A stretch of 63,007 nucleotides of DNA, filler included, from Craspedostauros australis (taxonomy: Eukaryota), in assembly GCA_030167865.1 (NCBI GenBank). It is 12 parts of 12 records of this genome, joined end to end, with 100 filler letters (N's around TTAATTAATTAA, not from the genome) between each part and the next. Parts side by side here need not be neighbours in the genome. Positions count along the whole stretch, not along the records: positions 1 to 16,623 come from JALAGF010001599.1; 11 more parts are not named here. The stretch is one strand, 5' to 3'. How positions within the stretch are numbered: the stretch's first letter is position 1; the number at the start of each line of letters is the position of its first letter. The position numbers and the translations under genes are program-made. This document shows, one piece after another, positions 1 through 10,841 of this stretch. A model generated the notes under the pieces. That model saw only the letters and a list, made by a program, of their open reading frames with translations. It ran no database searches and had not been told where the DNA came from.

Positions 1-1373
1 GTCATGCCCATTGGAAACAGTCTTCGTGGGGAGACATGGACACCATCCTGTTCTACCGTGCCCAGTGCAGGCTGTGCTCCATGCTGGTGCCAGTATTTTG
101 TCATTTTTGTCCTGAATGGGCAATCGGATGTCATCGCATGCAGGTATTTATGGTTCAGGACATGTATGCGACAGAAAGCAAGTTGTATCAAATATGCCCA
201 GAGCTCACTTGTGTTCATTGATTTAAGCGAAGTAGAAACAGACATTATGCGCATGCGTATCAATCGAAGACTGGGACACAGCGAAAACCGTCATTGGCAA
301 TCAACTCGCCACGGTGGCGACAACAACTCGCTCACACGATTGTTTGTGTTGTGGTGACACACAGACAGAGAGATCCACCAAATCGCAAATCTTCCCACCC
401 AACAGCGTGAGAGCGCCGACTTGCCAATGAACCCGTCCCAACGTGCTTCATGGCACAGACGCTTCAGTGCCTGTTCGATGCAACACGACTGTGCATGCTG
501 TCCTGGTGACGCGAGTGGTGTGATGCGGTTTGGTGCGAGACAACTTCGACTCAACAAACAATTTACCAACGCTCCTTGTGCAATGACACTTGCCGGCTGT
601 GTACCAGAACAGAGGCGCCTTGTGTGGATCAAGCACCACAACAGCTGAAGTCATCAAAAGAACCACACACGCCAATCTGTGTCAACGAACACACAGTTGT
701 TGTCACAACAGACAAACCACACAGAGTGACGCGTACAGCACTGATGATACGCAGACAAGTGCACCTTTGGGAAAATACAATTCGCGTATTCCTCTCAAAA
801 AATAACCCTATTTTCAGACCTTTTTGGAAAGTCAGAATTAACAATTTAGATACGTTCCAAGACTTGACGCGCTGGTCTGTGCTTTTCCGTATCCTCCTGA
901 AGATGCGATCGGCATCTGAGAGGGCCACGGACTACTATCTTCTTCTCTTCCAACCACGAATCAGCCATCATTGGCCGCGAAATAGTTCCGTGGTTACAGA
1001 GGGAAGTTTGCGCATTGCACGTTGTCGAAAGATATTTTGAACTCCTTGGATTTGTTCATGGCTGTCGAACAAATAATGTCCTGGAGTGGTCTAATCACCG
1101 TCGTAAAACGCAGTGATTGGGTGGAGTTCCTTCTTCTCTGTTGCCATCTGTGCATCCAGTCGCAACTGTAATAGTTGCATCTAGTTGTGTGTGTATGAAT
1201 GCATGCTCGTTCCAGTGTTCTTGCATGTACCTATGCCAATACGTCCACCAGATACTCAATCCCATCCCGTACGACTACTCGCACGAGGAAAGCACATACA
1301 AAGGAGTGGAGGGCAAAGGAGTTAAGTAGAGTGTGAAGGAGTGCAATGCCTTCCCTCAATTTCATCAAGTGTA

Positions 1374-2534
1374 TCATGGAATCCACCGTATCGTCACGGT
1401 CGGGGGTATTGGTTGGTCGTGCTGGGACAACGAGTTGCTGATCGCTGGAATCGACGACCGCAAGTCTTCGTCAACGCCGTAAGGCGGATTGATGAGAAGC
1501 ATGCCACTGCCGACTCTGCGTGGGGGGCTTGGGTCCTGTTGCTGCTGCAGCCGGTCGTCGATTGAGTTGGTCTCCACATCGCCGTCATCTTCATCGTACA
1601 CCTCGATTGCCAAGATGGGAACTTTCTCCGTCGGGCTGCTCGGCTTGGCCCTCCCCTTTCCTTTGCCTTTCTTTTTGTTTTTGCCGTTCGATTTGGTGTC
1701 GGCCAGCTGACCCGAATCGACGGCCTGGCGCACTTTGCGATACAATGCATCTGCCTTGTCTCGGGTGCGGGTTGAGACGGGATGCCAAACGGCTACGCGG
1801 GCCGACCTCCAGTGCGCCTGCCAGAATTCCACGCAGCTGCAGACCTGCTCCGTGTCTGATCCCATCTGGTACGACGGATCCATGAAGATGAGGGCTCGTT
1901 TGGACGAATCGATCACGTCCCAATCTTTCAGCAGCCCGTATCCGTTGCCGCAGTGGGTGTAAATGGGGATCGACTCCATCGACGGATTGACTCGGGGCAT
2001 GTACCGGAGGATGTTTTCCTCGAGCATGTCGAACTGAGCGATGTCCTGTTCGCACAGGATGATCTTGTCTTGCGGGCGGCACATGGACGCACCGATGATG
2101 GGTGAGCCAGGGTATATTGATCGATCGTTGCTGAGATCCTCCATGAGCTGCAGCAACCGATGAGAGGCGGACATTGGTGCTTGCGGTGTTGAAGCCGCGT
2201 CATCGCTTTCGTTTTGCGCGTCAACGTTGGCTGGGGCGATATCATGCTCGTCGTGATCATTGAAGATGCTTCGTGACAGCAAGCCGATGCCAACCTCATT
2301 CTCGCTCAATGTCCGAGATTCGGAAGATGTGAGATGATACAGGCCTTTCCCGGCGTGCGATTCGACGTAGCAAAACGGTTTGTCCTTCTTGGTCATGTGA
2401 TCCAGCAGCTGGATGAGCACAGTGTGCTTGATGACATCCGCAAAATTCCCAGCGTGATACCCGTGTTCGTACAGCAGACGACTGTTGCCTGACGGCGCAG
2501 CCAGCAACACCAACGACCGGGCAAACCGAAGCAT
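1374..2534 (-). CDS. rlmJ: RlmJ-like (23S rRNA m6A2030 methyltransferase family) SAM-dependent methyltransferase, 386 aa, with an N-terminal extension resembling a mitochondrial targeting peptide
   Basis: Motifs YEHGYHAGNFADVIKH, ESHAGKGLY, YPGSP, FMDPSY and GSGMLLINPPY match, in order, bacterial RlmJ (YRHSFHAGNHADVLKH ... YPGSP ... DPPY ... SGMIVINPPW). First in-frame ATG is at 2534 (MLRFARSLVLLAA); no intron is needed. Confidence 0.85.
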   Translation of the reverse strand: MLRFARSLVLLAAPSGNSRLLYEHGYHAGNFADVIKHTVLIQLLDHMTKKDKPFCYVESHAGKGLYHLTSSESRTLSENEVGIGLLSRSIFNDHDEHDIAPANVDAQNESDDAASTPQAPMSASHRLLQLMEDLSNDRSIYPGSPIIGASMCRPQDKIILCEQDIAQFDMLEENILRYMPRVNPSMESIPIYTHCGNGYGLLKDWDVIDSSKRALIFMDPSYQMGSDTEQVCSCVEFWQAHWRSARVAVWHPVSTRTRDKADALYRKVRQAVDSGQLADTKSNGKNKKKGKGKGRAKPSSPTEKVPILAIEVYDEDDGDVETNSIDDRLQQQQDPSPPRRVGSGMLLINPPYGVDEDLRSSIPAISNSLSQHDQPIPPTVTIRWIP

Positions 2535-3117
2535 GTTCACGGTGCTTGTATTGATCGGAATGCTCGCAATGCTGATCTGGACCAGTTGCAATCAGGGTCT
2601 CTTCTGTGTCACCAAGGGGAGCCAGGGAGGATCCTTGCAGAGAGAGAGAGAGGCCACCAACTTGCGAAGGGGAGGTGTTGCTTGTGGAGGAAGTAGATCA
2701 TCAGAAAGATCTTTGAGTTTGTGTGGTGACAGTTGTGTTGGTGTCACAATGCACGACTGAAGCCTCACTCCCAAACACGTTTGGTATCATTCCGCTGATA
2801 CTACAAAAAGGGGTGTAGAATGCTTTTCAGAGTGCAGATTACCACACATAGAGAGAGAGCCACACTCGATGAGACCAATAGGGACACAGGCAAAGTGCGG
2901 CTCTCCATAGCCATGCTACATACTTCTCTACATACGAGTGCGATGGTCATTCCACCAGGTGGACAGGGAAGCAAAGCTGCATTGGTTTGGACTTCTCCGC
3001 TCTGTTACTTAGGTACTCGTGTGGTTGCTGCAGACGCGTGCTTTCACATCACATGCTCAATGATGAAAGATCTGCTTGTGCCATGCTCATGTGGACGCGA
3101 CCAGTGATGCGCCATTC

Positions 3118-5307
3118 TTAATAATCGCTCTCGCTCTCAGAATAACTCCACAGTACATCGCAGAGCTTCCTGCGTTTGTTCGCGACTTCCACGTCGAGGG
3201 ACTCGCATTCAGCGATACCAGTACTTGCGGTTATGCTAAGACGCTCAGCCGCGACATCCTGAGCCGTCTGTCCTTGCTTGTTCCGAATCTCCAGGTCGAA
3301 CTTCACCCCTGCGCACTCCAGCAAGTATGCCATGGTATCCAAATCTCCGTGCCTGCACAAGTTGTGCAACACAGTGTTGCCTTCGTGATTCTGTATCGTA
3401 CCATCCGCTTCCTCGTCTCCCACTACACGTGCTATCGCATGCAAAGCACAGCTATGTTTCGACACGATGTGCAATGGAGTATCGCCCTGAAGATTTTGGA
3501 CACCCGCATTCGGACGGACCAGTTGGATGAGATATCCAAGCACTTCGTCATCCTCGTCGGCAGTGACTTCGTGTAGATTGCGACGAAAAACGACCTCCTT
3601 TCGGAGGCGATCAAAGATCAAGGTGAGGTTGTTGGCATCATTGAACAAGATGGAACCTCCATGCATGCATGCGACGTGCTGTGGTGTGTTGCCGTCCTTG
3701 TTTTGAACGTTGATATCAAAGACAACATGCGGTGATTGGAGCAAGAGTTCGGCCATGGTCTGATCCTCTTTCTCACAGACTTTGTGGAGTTCTGTGTTTC
3801 CGTCACGGTCCTGGACGTTCACATTGATATCGATTTTGCTCAATCCGACCAGGTACTCGATGACATTCACTGCATCCTCTTCGCAAGCGCAATGGAGAGG
3901 CGTGAGATTGTCGTTACTGAGCGCATTGATATCGACGTTGGCTCGAACGGACTCCAAGAGGTACTGCACCGCATCTTTAGCGCCAAAATAGCAAGCAAGA
4001 TGCAGTGCAGTTTCTCCTTGGTTGTTGCGGATGCTGGGATTGATATTCGCGTTATCCGACTCCATGAGATACTTGACGATTTCCAGTTCTCCGATATTGC
4101 ACAGCAAATGCAGCGGGGTGTTGCCATCAGAGGACTGAGCGTTGAAGTCAATACCGTCGAGCTCCGACTCCAGAAAGAACTTGATCACTTCGAAACGCAC
4201 ATTGATGCAAGCAACGTGCAATGGCGTGTCGCCGCGCTGGTCGCAAGTGACACTCGCGTGGCCGATTTGCACCAGCTTGGCAATTGTATCCACATATCCG
4301 AGGTGTGCAGCGGAATGCATTGGAGTTTCATCCTCGTCGTTCTTTGCATTGACATCAATGAAAGGTTGACCAGCATCGAGCATGAGCTGAACGGCATCAG
4401 CATGGCCGTCCCGGCAGGAGTAGTGAAGGGCTGTCATCCCTCTCTTGTCTTGAAGATTGATCTTGCTGGTTGCGTTTGGTGACCGTATCAGCATTTCGAG
4501 GATACGGGTCTTTCCAGACAGGCAAGCCAGATGAAATGGCGTTTGCCCGTCTTCGTTTTGAAGGCCGATGTTGGCGAAGCCGAAATCAGACATCAAGATC
4601 CGTACGACATCTGTGTGGCCTTTCCTACACGCAACGTGGAGTGGGGTGTCTCCATACTTGCTCACGCTGTTGGTATCCACTTCCGCTTCGTCTGTCTCGA
4701 CGAGATACTCGACAACGTCTGCATGGCCCGTCGAACAGGCCAAATGAAGTGGCGTTGCGCCGGTGTGATCCTGGATGTTGGCATTAACGCGTACGTGGTC
4801 CGATTCCACCAAGTACTCGACAGCGTGAAGATGCCCATTTGCGCAGGCAAAGTGGAGTGCAGTGACGCCATCCGCGTTGCGAAAGTTCACCCGGACGAAG
4901 ATTCCTTTTGTCTCTGTCAACAGCTTCACTATGCCCAAATACCCACGCATGCACGCGAAGTGAAGGGGCGTGTTGAGCCTCTCGTTCTCGCTGTGTGCCA
5001 TTATTTCCGCTGGATTCGAATTCAGCAGATACTTGACGATGTGTCGTCGTCCGTAGTTGCAAGCAACTTGGAGCGGTGTTTCCTCTCCACAGTCTAGGGC
5101 ATTGACGTCGATGTTGATTCGATCCGATCCCAGCAGGTACTCCACGATTTCCAAATGACCTTTTTCGCAAGCATGATGCAGAGGCGTCCGGTAGCAATAA
5201 TCCCTCATCTGAATCTTCGCAGTTCCTTCATCGGATTCGACCAGGGAACGCACTCTCGCCAGATCTCCTGCCTTGCAGGCTTCATGGAGGGGGGTGGCCG
5301 AAGACAT
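3118..5307 (-). CDS. Ankyrin-repeat protein, 729 aa
   Basis: Long intact ORF made almost entirely of G.T(P/A)LH.AC..G...iv..Ll ankyrin units. Confidence 0.93.
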   Translation of the reverse strand: MSSATPLHEACKAGDLARVRSLVESDEGTAKIQMRDYCYRTPLHHACEKGHLEIVEYLLGSDRINIDVNALDCGEETPLQVACNYGRRHIVKYLLNSNPAEIMAHSENERLNTPLHFACMRGYLGIVKLLTETKGIFVRVNFRNADGVTALHFACANGHLHAVEYLVESDHVRVNANIQDHTGATPLHLACSTGHADVVEYLVETDEAEVDTNSVSKYGDTPLHVACRKGHTDVVRILMSDFGFANIGLQNEDGQTPFHLACLSGKTRILEMLIRSPNATSKINLQDKRGMTALHYSCRDGHADAVQLMLDAGQPFIDVNAKNDEDETPMHSAAHLGYVDTIAKLVQIGHASVTCDQRGDTPLHVACINVRFEVIKFFLESELDGIDFNAQSSDGNTPLHLLCNIGELEIVKYLMESDNANINPSIRNNQGETALHLACYFGAKDAVQYLLESVRANVDINALSNDNLTPLHCACEEDAVNVIEYLVGLSKIDINVNVQDRDGNTELHKVCEKEDQTMAELLLQSPHVVFDINVQNKDGNTPQHVACMHGGSILFNDANNLTLIFDRLRKEVVFRRNLHEVTADEDDEVLGYLIQLVRPNAGVQNLQGDTPLHIVSKHSCALHAIARVVGDEEADGTIQNHEGNTVLHNLCRHGDLDTMAYLLECAGVKFDLEIRNKQGQTAQDVAAERLSITASTGIAECESLDVEVANKRRKLCDVLWSYSESESDY

Positions 5308-5854
5308 GTCTCATCTGCTCCGTCTCGCTGCGCTGATTCCCTTGTGGCAGACTTGGTTTGGGTTGGTTATTGAAACGGTGGCGGTAGTTGGGTATGAGAT
5401 CGCATCTAATGTGTTGAATGTGTTGAATGTGCAGATTGTGACCGCTGTATTCCGTTTTCTCTACTCGCTGGTTGTCCCTCCGTGGTTCGACGGATTGATA
5501 TGAATCATGAATTGGAAACAAAACGGGATTCGTTGATTTGCGTAGTCAATCGTGTCGGATGTAGTTGGAGTTCGAAAACGGATGCAAAACGCCGCACGAG
5601 CGTACCTCGCAGGCAGATGATGGAAATGGGACGATGGAAACAGGACGATAGACCAGACAGTCATGAGAAGAGGTTTCCCGCGCGGGGGTACCAACAAGAG
5701 AGCTTCCAATGCTCAGGAACTTAGTGTAATACTATATGTAGAACTATACACGACGACCTCCGTTTTCCGCAAATGGGAGTGGCAGTCTGAAATCTGTTTC
5801 GATCAATCCATGGCTCTTGTTGAATCCGCAGCAATGAGGCTTACAGTACGTCAT

Positions 5855-6853
5855 TTAGATGGCTCCCCACCAGTCACCAACCTCATCTTCCGGTTCGCTT
5901 TCGATCTTGCTGCGTTTGTTCGGGCTCTCCTCCGAGAGATAGTCAACGACATCTCTGTGCCCCTCCACGGAGGCCATCATCAGTGGCGTGGCACCGTCGA
6001 TGCTTCGCATATTGAGGCTGGCTTCCGCATCGGCTGACTCCACCAAGTACTCGACGAGCTCGAGATGTCCGCCGGCGCAAGCAAGGTGGAGGGGAGTGAA
6101 CCCCTGGTTGTTCTGTTCATTGATGTCGATGTGACAGTACTGTGCGTTGACGAAAGATTCGACGATTTCGGAGTGCCCTTGGCGGCAGGCAATATGCACG
6201 GGCGTGTCGCCGTTGCTGTTGGCGATACACTCGGCATGGCCAGGGTGGAGCAGCTCTTCGAGAGCACCAACGTGGTTATTAGCGGCCGCATAGTGCAAGG
6301 GAGTAGAGCCCCCGTTGTCTTGCGCGTCGATGCCGATGCGATTCTCAGTGTAGTCAATCAAGACCCGAATAACCTTCCTGTGGCCCATCTGAGCAGCGTA
6401 ATGGATGGCCGTAACTCCGCGGTTGTTCTTGAGGTTGATTTTGCGGTTTGCGCTCGGTGCGCTCATCATCAACTCGACGATGGTCTTCCTTCCGCTCATG
6501 CAGGCGAGGTGGAGCGGGGTTTCTCCGGCTCGATTCTTGTTGCCAACCTCCGTGAAGTTGAGGTCCTTCATCAGCGTTTGAACAATGCCCACGCGGCCTA
6601 GCCTGCAAGCGCAATGCAGTGCTGTGTCCCCGTTATTGTCTCGGATGTTGGTCTCTATTTCATTCTCGTGGTTGTCCATGAGGAAATCGACGATCTGCGT
6701 GCGTCCGTTCGCACAGGCCACATGCAGTGGCGTTGCGCCAGTGTCGTCTTGCTCGTTGAATTCACCGTCGAATTCGTCTGACCAAGTCAAGGCCTGCAGT
6801 CTGGCTAGGTCTCCCGCCCTGCAGGCTTCGTGCAGGAGAGTGGTCTCGGACAT
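5855..6853 (-). CDS. Ankyrin-repeat protein, 332 aa; tandem paralogue of 3118..5307
   Basis: Repeated G.TPLH.AC..G units; N-terminus MSETTLLHEACRAGDLAR closely matches the neighbour's MSSATPLHEACKAGDLAR. Confidence 0.93.
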   Translation of the reverse strand: MSETTLLHEACRAGDLARLQALTWSDEFDGEFNEQDDTGATPLHVACANGRTQIVDFLMDNHENEIETNIRDNNGDTALHCACRLGRVGIVQTLMKDLNFTEVGNKNRAGETPLHLACMSGRKTIVELMMSAPSANRKINLKNNRGVTAIHYAAQMGHRKVIRVLIDYTENRIGIDAQDNGGSTPLHYAAANNHVGALEELLHPGHAECIANSNGDTPVHIACRQGHSEIVESFVNAQYCHIDINEQNNQGFTPLHLACAGGHLELVEYLVESADAEASLNMRSIDGATPLMMASVEGHRDVVDYLSEESPNKRSKIESEPEDEVGDWWGAI

Positions 6854-7524
6854 GTTCAGCTTTGATCCGTTCTATTATGTGTTGATCTGTTCTGGTTTGT
6901 GTTGTTGGGCAACAGACGAGTGTTCCATAGATCGTACTATACGACCACGAGTGTGTTGACTTTCAAATGCAATGAGGAACTATGATGGGTGCGCGTAGGT
7001 TGTGTGTGCTCCCATGGTATGAGACTTGCAAGCCAAGAGAGGGGGAGTGCGTGGATGTTGTTGTCGAGGCTACACTTTGTTGGTGACTGTGCATGGTACG
7101 GTATGGGATGGTACGATCTATGCACAGGATGTGCTTGTTCGATGTTGGTACTGCCCCACAACCAAAGGAATGCTTGTTTTGCGTTCGCCGATTCTCGGGT
7201 GCGTGAGCTCAACAGGTCGACGACGATGATGACAACGACAACGACGACAACATCACACATTCTCTGATTTTGCGAATCCCGAGGTGAACACTTCATCGCG
7301 CGGAGCAAACGTTACTTTCATTCGCATCCTGTATCGTAGAGGGGACTCGTAAGAACGACATACTCCACGCTACTGTATAGGACTATTCACAAACGAGCAC
7401 AATGCAAGACCAAAATGAAGGCGAGTTGATCCTTATTGATGTTTACGTACGACGCCATGCTCGAAGGGCTTGAACGCCGCTTGTGTATGGACATCCGTAC
7501 GACCGTGTGATGGCTGGTTTGTCT

Positions 7525-9605
7525 TTACATGCCATCGGTAAGGGCAGAGAACTCGCGCTTCATCTCATCGATAACGACGGCGTATTTCTTGTTCATCTCG
7601 GCTGGGCGGGACTTAGGATCGACGTACTTGGTGTCAACGACCTTCTGGATGATGGGTGCGAGAGCGGTCTTGATGTGGGCGTACGTCAGCTTCTGGTCGG
7701 CTGGGGAATCCGCGATGGCCTTCTGGCACAGATCGTAGAAGGTGATGATGACCTTGAGCATGCCAACGGTCTTTGGCAGTGGGCATGTGAAGTCGTGCTC
7801 GGTGAAAGCATTCTGGGCGAGGAAATCTTCACGGATGAGACGGGCGACCTCCATGACGACCTTCTGATCCTCGGAGAGGGACTCCTTTCCGACGAGCTGG
7901 ACGATCTCGGACAGGTTGTCCTCCTGCTGGAGGATGGTGCGTGCCTGGTTGCGGAGGTACGAGTACTTCTCGTCCATGCCGTTGAAGTATGGTTCGAGGA
8001 CCTGCATGTACTTGGTGTAGGAGATGAGCCAGTTGAGCGATGGGAAATGCTTACGCTGTGCCAGCTTCTTGTCGAGTCCCCAGAAGACCTGCACGATGGA
8101 CAGGGTGGCGGCGGTGACTGGATCGGAGAAATCTCCACCTGGCGGGGACACGGCTCCGACGACGGAAACGGTACCCTCGCGGTTTGGGGATCCCAGACAG
8201 GCGACGCGTCCGGCACGCTCGTAGAAGGCGGCGAGACGGGCTCCGAGGTAGGCTGGGTAACCGGAATCGGCAGGCATTTCTCCGAGACGTCCGGAGATCT
8301 CACGAAGGGCCTCGGCCCAACGAGAGGTGGAGTCAGCCATCATGGAGACGTTCATTCCCTGGTCACGGAAGTACTCGGCGAGGGTGATACCGGTGTAGAT
8401 GGAGGCCTCACGGGCGGCCACTGGCATGTTGGAGGTGTTGGCGACGAGGGTGGTACGCTTCATGATACCGACCTCCTTCAATCCTCCGGTGGCTTCATCC
8501 TTGATGGTCATGGTGAGCTCTGGGAAATCACAGAGCACTTCAGCCATTTCGTTTCCGCGCTCTCTGTGTTGTTGTTGTTGTCGTCGTCGTCGTCGTCGTG
8601 AATTGTATGGTTTGGATCGTAGAACGCAGTCAAGTTGGTGAGAATGATGTATGACAGGCAGATGGTGAATACAAAAGGGCCGAAAGCAGAACAAGCGCAG
8701 TAAATCATTGGGTACAATTCCAACCGAAGCACCAAACATCACACACAAAGCGACACCCAAGTCACTTACCCGCAACCGACGTAGACAATGGCGTCGGAGT
8801 TGGAGAACTTGGAGAGAGACTGGGAGATGACAGTCTTTCCGCATCCGAAGGCTCCTGGCACGGCGCAGGTTCCTCCAAGCACAGATGGGAACAGACCGTC
8901 GATGACGCGGAGTCCGGTGATGAGAGGTTCCTTTCCTGGAAGCTTCTCGGTGATTGGACGTGGGCGACGCACTGGCCAGAAGTGGGAGAGAGTGAGCTTG
9001 TGGGTCTTGTTCTGGGCCTCGTTGTAGACCTCCATGACGACATCATCGACGACGAAGCTGTCCTTGCCGTCGGATGCGGTGGTGTAGATCTTGGAGACCA
9101 CACCGTAGACGTTTGGTGGGCAGAGGATCTTGTGGGAGTCGATGATCTCGTTCTCGTAGACCTGTCCGATGACGTCTCCTCCTGTGATTGGCTGTCCCTC
9201 CGTGAACTTGCCTGGAGTGTATGTCCAGCGCTTGTTGCGGGAAAGACATGGCACATCCACACCCTTTGGCACGTAAACATCGCCGGTGTCCTGGAAGATA
9301 TCCTCGAGAGGACGCTGGATACCATCGAAGATGGTTCCCATGATACCTGGTCCGAGCTCCACGGAGAGTGGCTGCTTCTTACGCAGGACTGGGTCACCGA
9401 CGGTCAAACCGGAGGTATCCTCGTACACCTGGATGGAGGCGGTGTCACCCTCGAGCTTGATGATCTCTCCGACCAGCTTGGAGTGTCCGACACGGACGAG
9501 CTCGTACATAGCAGCTCCACTCATGCCATCGGCGACGACAAGCGGTCCAGAGACCTTGAAGATGAATCCGTAGTCGGACTCCTTTTCTTCGACAAAATAT
9601 GACAT
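7525..9605 (-). CDS. VMA1: V-type H+-ATPase catalytic subunit A, 624 aa; two exons, complement(join(7525..8563,8770..9605))
   Basis: [10 protein letters not shown]-loop [58 protein letters not shown]. Splicing GTAAGT(8769)...CAG(8564) restores the conserved YVGCGERGNEM; joined length 1875 nt is in frame. Confidence 0.97.
8564..8769 (-). other. Spliceosomal intron (206 nt, phase 2) of V-ATPase A; has (GAC)n(AAC)n microsatellite next to the acceptor
   Basis: Canonical GTAAGT donor and CAG acceptor; removal restores the conserved protein motif. Confidence 0.93.
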
Positions 9606-10841
9606 GATGAGATGGGTTGTTTCTTTCGGTTTGGTATGCGGGATGCTGGTGGTTCAAGCTGGCTTGCTGCGGGGTTGGGATGATTCAGTGGTACCGTGAT
9701 ACGGTGATGCAGTTGTGCGGTGATGCAGTTATGCATTGGGTCCAACGATCGGCACAAGCAGAGAGAGTGATAGAGAGAGAGAGAGATGAAGTCGGTCAGA
9801 ACGTGCTCTGGATGTAGATTTGCGTCGGCCTAAGATCTGCCGTTTCCGCCATTGCCAAACTCGCAGAAGTTGTGGCAATGACAGACACGCCGTTTTACTG
9901 TGCTCGTATGACCGACTGATCCACGGTTTGGTTTCTCATGCCATAGCCGTCCTAATCGTGCCGCTGTCGCTTCCATCCAACGCCACGTAAAGAGCCGCTT
10001 CCGCCAGAGAGCGCCATGGTCAGCATCATCCTCGCAACGCTTGCTCATGCGCCATCAACATCGCCACCATCGACATCGACACACCTTTCCTTGTTGTGAG
10101 CAATGCGGCACACTATCAAATCCAACCCCCACGAAACATCACGTGCCAACGGATTCGTCGCTTCGTTGCGTGCTTTGGCCTGTTGGATGCGTCGGTCAGG
10201 AACTCCGCCCCGCTGAATTCATTCATTTTTATTCGTAACATAAAGCCAAATCGATCAATTTAGCCATAGTCAGATGCGGTGTTGTTGTGCTTGTTATGAC
10301 CGTTGACGCTGGAATGGATGGACCAGAAGTGGAATCTGTTGAGTCAAGCGATCATAGACATGACTGGGAAATATGAATCACGACAACAAGCACAAATCGA
10401 AACACGATGGAGATGGCGACCATGATGACGCTGTGACAAAGACACCAACCCAAACATGCGCATCTCGTCGCTCCAAACGCAATCAGCCCAGCTCCCACCG
10501 ATCGAGGGAAGGTGGTGTGAACCTTTGATCATCTTCTGTGAGACCAACCACCATTGAGTACATGGCGTCATACAACTTCATACAATACAATATAATAAAC
10601 AACAGGGGATCAAGTCGCATCGCAGACAACGATGAATGAAGGGGGAGGTCGTTAGCCAAGGAGAGCACTCGATTTGAGAGATTGAACAACCATTCGACTC
10701 CACGCTGCACCATCTCAACAAAACACATCCGAAGCGACGGCATAGTCGGACGAGTAGTGCTGTTACATCATTGAAGACTGCACTCCACCCTGCTCAACTA
10801 TACCCTGCTCTGCCCTACCCGGGAGTATATTCCATTGCAGC

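Noticed and set aside
1..1370. Short ORFs at the window start
   Set aside because: No coding bias or recognisable motifs; probably intergenic or decayed repeat.
7525..9605. V-ATPase A as two separate, frameshifted or intein-split ORFs
   Set aside because: A canonical 206-nt GT-AG intron joins them exactly; no intein motifs are present.
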